DNA of 28,280 nucleotides from a virus: UHGV virus genome UHGV-0263858; one strand, 5' to 3'. Shown piece by piece: positions 25,835 to 28,280 of this stretch (position 1 is its first letter; each line of letters starts with the position of its first letter). The notes under the pieces were generated by a model. It saw only the letters and a program-made list of their open reading frames with translations, ran no database searches and was not told where the DNA came from. The position numbers and the translations under genes were made by a program.

Positions 25835-26878
25835 TTAATGGTTATTTTTTTCAAATGCAGTGTGATTAAATCTCTCTTCTTCCAGTTCCACGCCAATCGC
25901 ACAACGCCCCAGTGAAGGTGCAGCCTTTATCGTTGAGCCTGACCCCATAAAAATATCAGAGACCAAATCTCCTGGATGGCTACTGGCGGTAATTATCTGA
26001 CGTAACATATCCGCTGGTTTTTCACAGGGATGTTTGCCCGGATAATACTGCACAGGCTTGTACGTCCAGACATCCGTATAAGGAACAGCAGCCGATACGG
26101 AAAAATAACGCCGTAAAAATTTGTACTCTGCCAGCAGGCTGGCATATTGCCGGTTCAGTTCACTGTATGCGCTGACCAGCTGGTGATGTGGTTTTTCCAG
26201 TTCTCCGCGCTGATGCTTTTCTGCCGCTACACGTGCAAATAACACCTGCAGTTTTCTGTAATCACCCTCGTTCGGCAACTGCCACTGACTGGTACCAAAC
26301 CAGTGTGACGCCATGTTTTTCTTTCCGGTGGCTTCCGCTATCTGTTTCGATGTTACCCCCAGTGATTCACGCGCATCACGAAAGTAAGAAATCAGCGGGG
26401 CCATGACGTGCTGTTTTAGCTCGCGCCCCTTTGCCGCATAGCCGTCATTTTTGGGCTGGTATGGCCCCTGATAATGTTCTGCAAACAGAATGCGTTCTGT
26501 TGCCGGGAAATACGCCCGCAGGCTTTCCTTGTTGCATCCGTTCCAGCGTCCGGACGGCTTCGCCCAGATAATGTGGTTCAGCACATTAAAGCGCTGACGC
26601 ATCATGATTTCGATATCAGATGCCAGGCGATGACCACAGAACAGGTAGAGACTTCCGGCAGGTTTCAGTACCCGCCAGAATTGCGCCAGACACTGATCCA
26701 GCCATTTCAGGTAATCATCGTCGCCCTTCCACTGGTTATCCCAGCCCTCGGGCTTCACTTTAAAGTATGGCGGATCTGTGACTATCAGATCGACAGAGTT
26801 TTCCGGTAAGGTCTGGATAAATTCCAGGCAATCAGCGTTGATTAACTCACAACTGGATATTTTTACAGTATTAGCCAT
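25835..26878 (-). CDS. DNA methyltransferase (N6-adenine or N4-cytosine; DPPY motif IV N-terminal, FxGSGST motif I C-terminal, beta-class order)
   Basis: 347 aa. Contains DLIVTDPPYF near the N-terminus and DIFMGSGSTIKAA near the C-terminus; the HxxxEKP motif (HPCEKP) is typical of this MTase group. Confidence 0.85.
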   Translation of the reverse strand: MANTVKISSCELINADCLEFIQTLPENSVDLIVTDPPYFKVKPEGWDNQWKGDDDYLKWLDQCLAQFWRVLKPAGSLYLFCGHRLASDIEIMMRQRFNVLNHIIWAKPSGRWNGCNKESLRAYFPATERILFAEHYQGPYQPKNDGYAAKGRELKQHVMAPLISYFRDARESLGVTSKQIAEATGKKNMASHWFGTSQWQLPNEGDYRKLQVLFARVAAEKHQRGELEKPHHQLVSAYSELNRQYASLLAEYKFLRRYFSVSAAVPYTDVWTYKPVQYYPGKHPCEKPADMLRQIITASSHPGDLVSDIFMGSGSTIKAAPSLGRCAIGVELEEERFNHTAFEKNNH

Positions 26879-27028
26879 AGATCAATAAGCACTTCTCTGA
26901 TAGGCTCATACCGCTTTTGCGCAAAGCAGATGGGCCTGAGGTTTGCTTGTGACCCCAACGCATGAGCAGATGGCTGGCAGGTGCCGCTAACACCCACCAG
27001 CCGCCCATTACCACAAATAAAAAAGCCT

Positions 27029-27226
27029 TCACTGCGGAAGGCGTCTGTAACAACCGAACTGATAATCTGCCAGACCCGCCATAACAAGCTGAGTCAGTAT
27101 TAACTGGCAGCGTTCGCGTGAAAGGTACGTATTCTGCGCAATTTCCCCGACGGTCGCCGGTTCGGTGACGCTCAATTCATTAAACACTACTCTGGCAGTT
27201 TCGGTCATATCCTGCTGTTTTAGCAT
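27029..27226 (-). CDS. small hypothetical protein (65 aa), possible winged-helix DNA-binding protein
   Basis: ATG at 27226 with SD AAAGGAAAAAG. The segment ATVGEIAQNTYLSRERCQLILTQLVMAGL looks helix-turn-helix-like. Weak call. Confidence 0.45.
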   Translation of the reverse strand: MLKQQDMTETARVVFNELSVTEPATVGEIAQNTYLSRERCQLILTQLVMAGLADYQFGCYRRLPQ

Positions 27227-27341
27227 GTCTTTTTCCTTTTCTGGTTAACGTGACATACCAATAACTCTTGTCGAAAAAGCCAGCAAGCTGAAAGACCAGT
27301 ATTCGCAACCACCAGCGCATTTAACGTCCTGTGCCGCTTTT

Positions 27342-27388
27342 CAGACATAAAAAAAACTCGCTTAGCGGCGAGTTTTTTATGTCTGAAA
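27342..27388. terminator. bidirectional intrinsic terminator (long palindrome centred on ACTCGC-TTAGCG-GCGAGT with A7/T6 arms)
   Basis: CAGACATAAAAAAAACTCGCTTAGCGGCGAGTTTTTTATGTCTG read directly, 8 nt after the stop of the 27396-28109 gene. Confidence 0.7.
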
Positions 27389-27395
27389 TAAGGTT

Positions 27396-28109
27396 TTAGT
27401 ACCTTTCTTTGATTTTACTCAACTTACCTGCATAAGGCTCAAGTATTGTTTTAATTAATGCGCCGTTATCTGTAAGTTGCCTTACTGCCATATTGCATGC
27501 TTCGACAGACTCTTCACAACTCTTTTCAATTTTATTCTCCAGAAGAGAATAAATTATAAAGGATATCTTTAATGTTTTAGACTTATTTTGTTCTTTATAA
27601 GCTCTGTCAAAAATCGTTTTATATCTTTCTGAGATATTTTTAACTTTAGCATTTAAAGCGTAAGAATGACACTCCGCGCTTGGTGAGACTATTTTTTTCG
27701 CATTGGAGCACAAAAATTCTACACTATCGCCTTTGTTAAGTGATTCTAATTCATTCTCTGAGTCTCTATCGTAATAGGCAAAAAAAGGGCCATCTCCATC
27801 ATCAAGAATGACATAAGGTCTGCCATTTAAACTTCCTTGCTTAATCGCCTTTACTGTTGAGTTTAGAATAAATGTGTCTTTATACTTTTTCTTTGCCCTC
27901 AACTCATTATCATTAAAATCGTTTATTATCTCAGTTATTGAATATCTTTTAAGCCCATCAATATACTGATCGGCCATCGCCACACCGGTCGGCAAGAAAA
28001 ATGCAAACGCCTTGCTGTTGCTGGCACTTATGTATTCATTATCAGCGGCATAAGACTGAGACATCGAGAGTACAATAAAAAGTGAAAGCAATTTAATTAG
28101 TTTATGCAT
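27396..28109 (-). CDS. hypothetical secreted protein (AT-rich gene, N-terminal signal peptide)
   Basis: Start chosen at ATG 28109 (MHKLIKLLSLFIVLSMSQSYA/ADNEY, SD AGGTGA); the ORF track starts at GTG 28118. The gene is visibly much more AT-rich than the phage genes. Family not recognised. Confidence 0.6.
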   Translation of the reverse strand: MHKLIKLLSLFIVLSMSQSYAADNEYISASNSKAFAFFLPTGVAMADQYIDGLKRYSITEIINDFNDNELRAKKKYKDTFILNSTVKAIKQGSLNGRPYVILDDGDGPFFAYYDRDSENELESLNKGDSVEFLCSNAKKIVSPSAECHSYALNAKVKNISERYKTIFDRAYKEQNKSKTLKISFIIYSLLENKIEKSCEESVEACNMAVRQLTDNGALIKTILEPYAGKLSKIKERY

Positions 28110-28118
28110 AAATATCAC

Positions 28119-28144
28119 CTATTGAAACAACGGATTTTCAATAG
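28119..28144. promoter_or_regulatory. 9-bp perfect inverted repeat CTATTGAAA-(8 bp)-TTTCAATAG abutting the SD of the secreted-protein gene
   Basis: Read directly; positioned like an operator or a 5'-UTR hairpin. Confidence 0.3.
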
Positions 28145-28280
28145 TAATGATATTCATCATTCCATAATTTGATATCAGTCAATAACGAATTGACATCTTT
28201 TAACACATAGCAGCACACGTTAACCAAGATTCACTGATGAATGCCACCTGGAATCTATCACAACAAAAAACCCGCTCGGC

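Noticed and set aside
26863-27087. Two overlapping short minus-strand ORFs (74 and 60 aa) between the methyltransferase and the 65-aa ORF
   Set aside because: Mutually overlapping frames without SD sites; no recognisable features, probably non-coding.

Overview
This window is dominated by the late (virion and lysis) region of a mosaic temperate phage or prophage, almost entirely encoded on the minus strand. No integrase, repressor, replication genes, CRISPR array or IS element is visible, so the element's ends and early region lie outside the window or are absent. All protein assignments come from reading translated ORFs and recalling family sequences; no database search was run. Right to left, the window contains: (1) an AT-rich secreted-protein gene, a small ORF and a DPPY-motif DNA methyltransferase; (2) a thr-tyr-gly tRNA cluster (thrU/tyrU/glyT-like, 8-bp and 116-bp spacers) followed by tandem terminators; (3) a TerB-like gene and a lysis cassette (two membrane proteins, a T5-type L-Ala-D-Glu peptidase endolysin, then small membrane/lipoprotein ORFs); (4) lambda-type packaging and head genes in lambda order (Nu1, A, W, B, C, D, E, FI, FII), with a triplicated in-frame repeat in C; (5) two tail-completion-like genes and a P2-type baseplate/fibre block (V, W, J, I, H, tfa); (6) five tightly coupled genes I cannot assign, ending at a terminator near 3150-3177. 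Left of that lie a hok/sok-like type I toxin-antitoxin locus, an AT-rich zinc-ribbon membrane protein gene, and the 5' part of a Pro/Gln-rich membrane-anchored protein gene that runs off the window. The main open question is that no tail tube, sheath or tape-measure gene is recognisable, so the five distal genes (3215-8033) are the best candidate for something undescribed.
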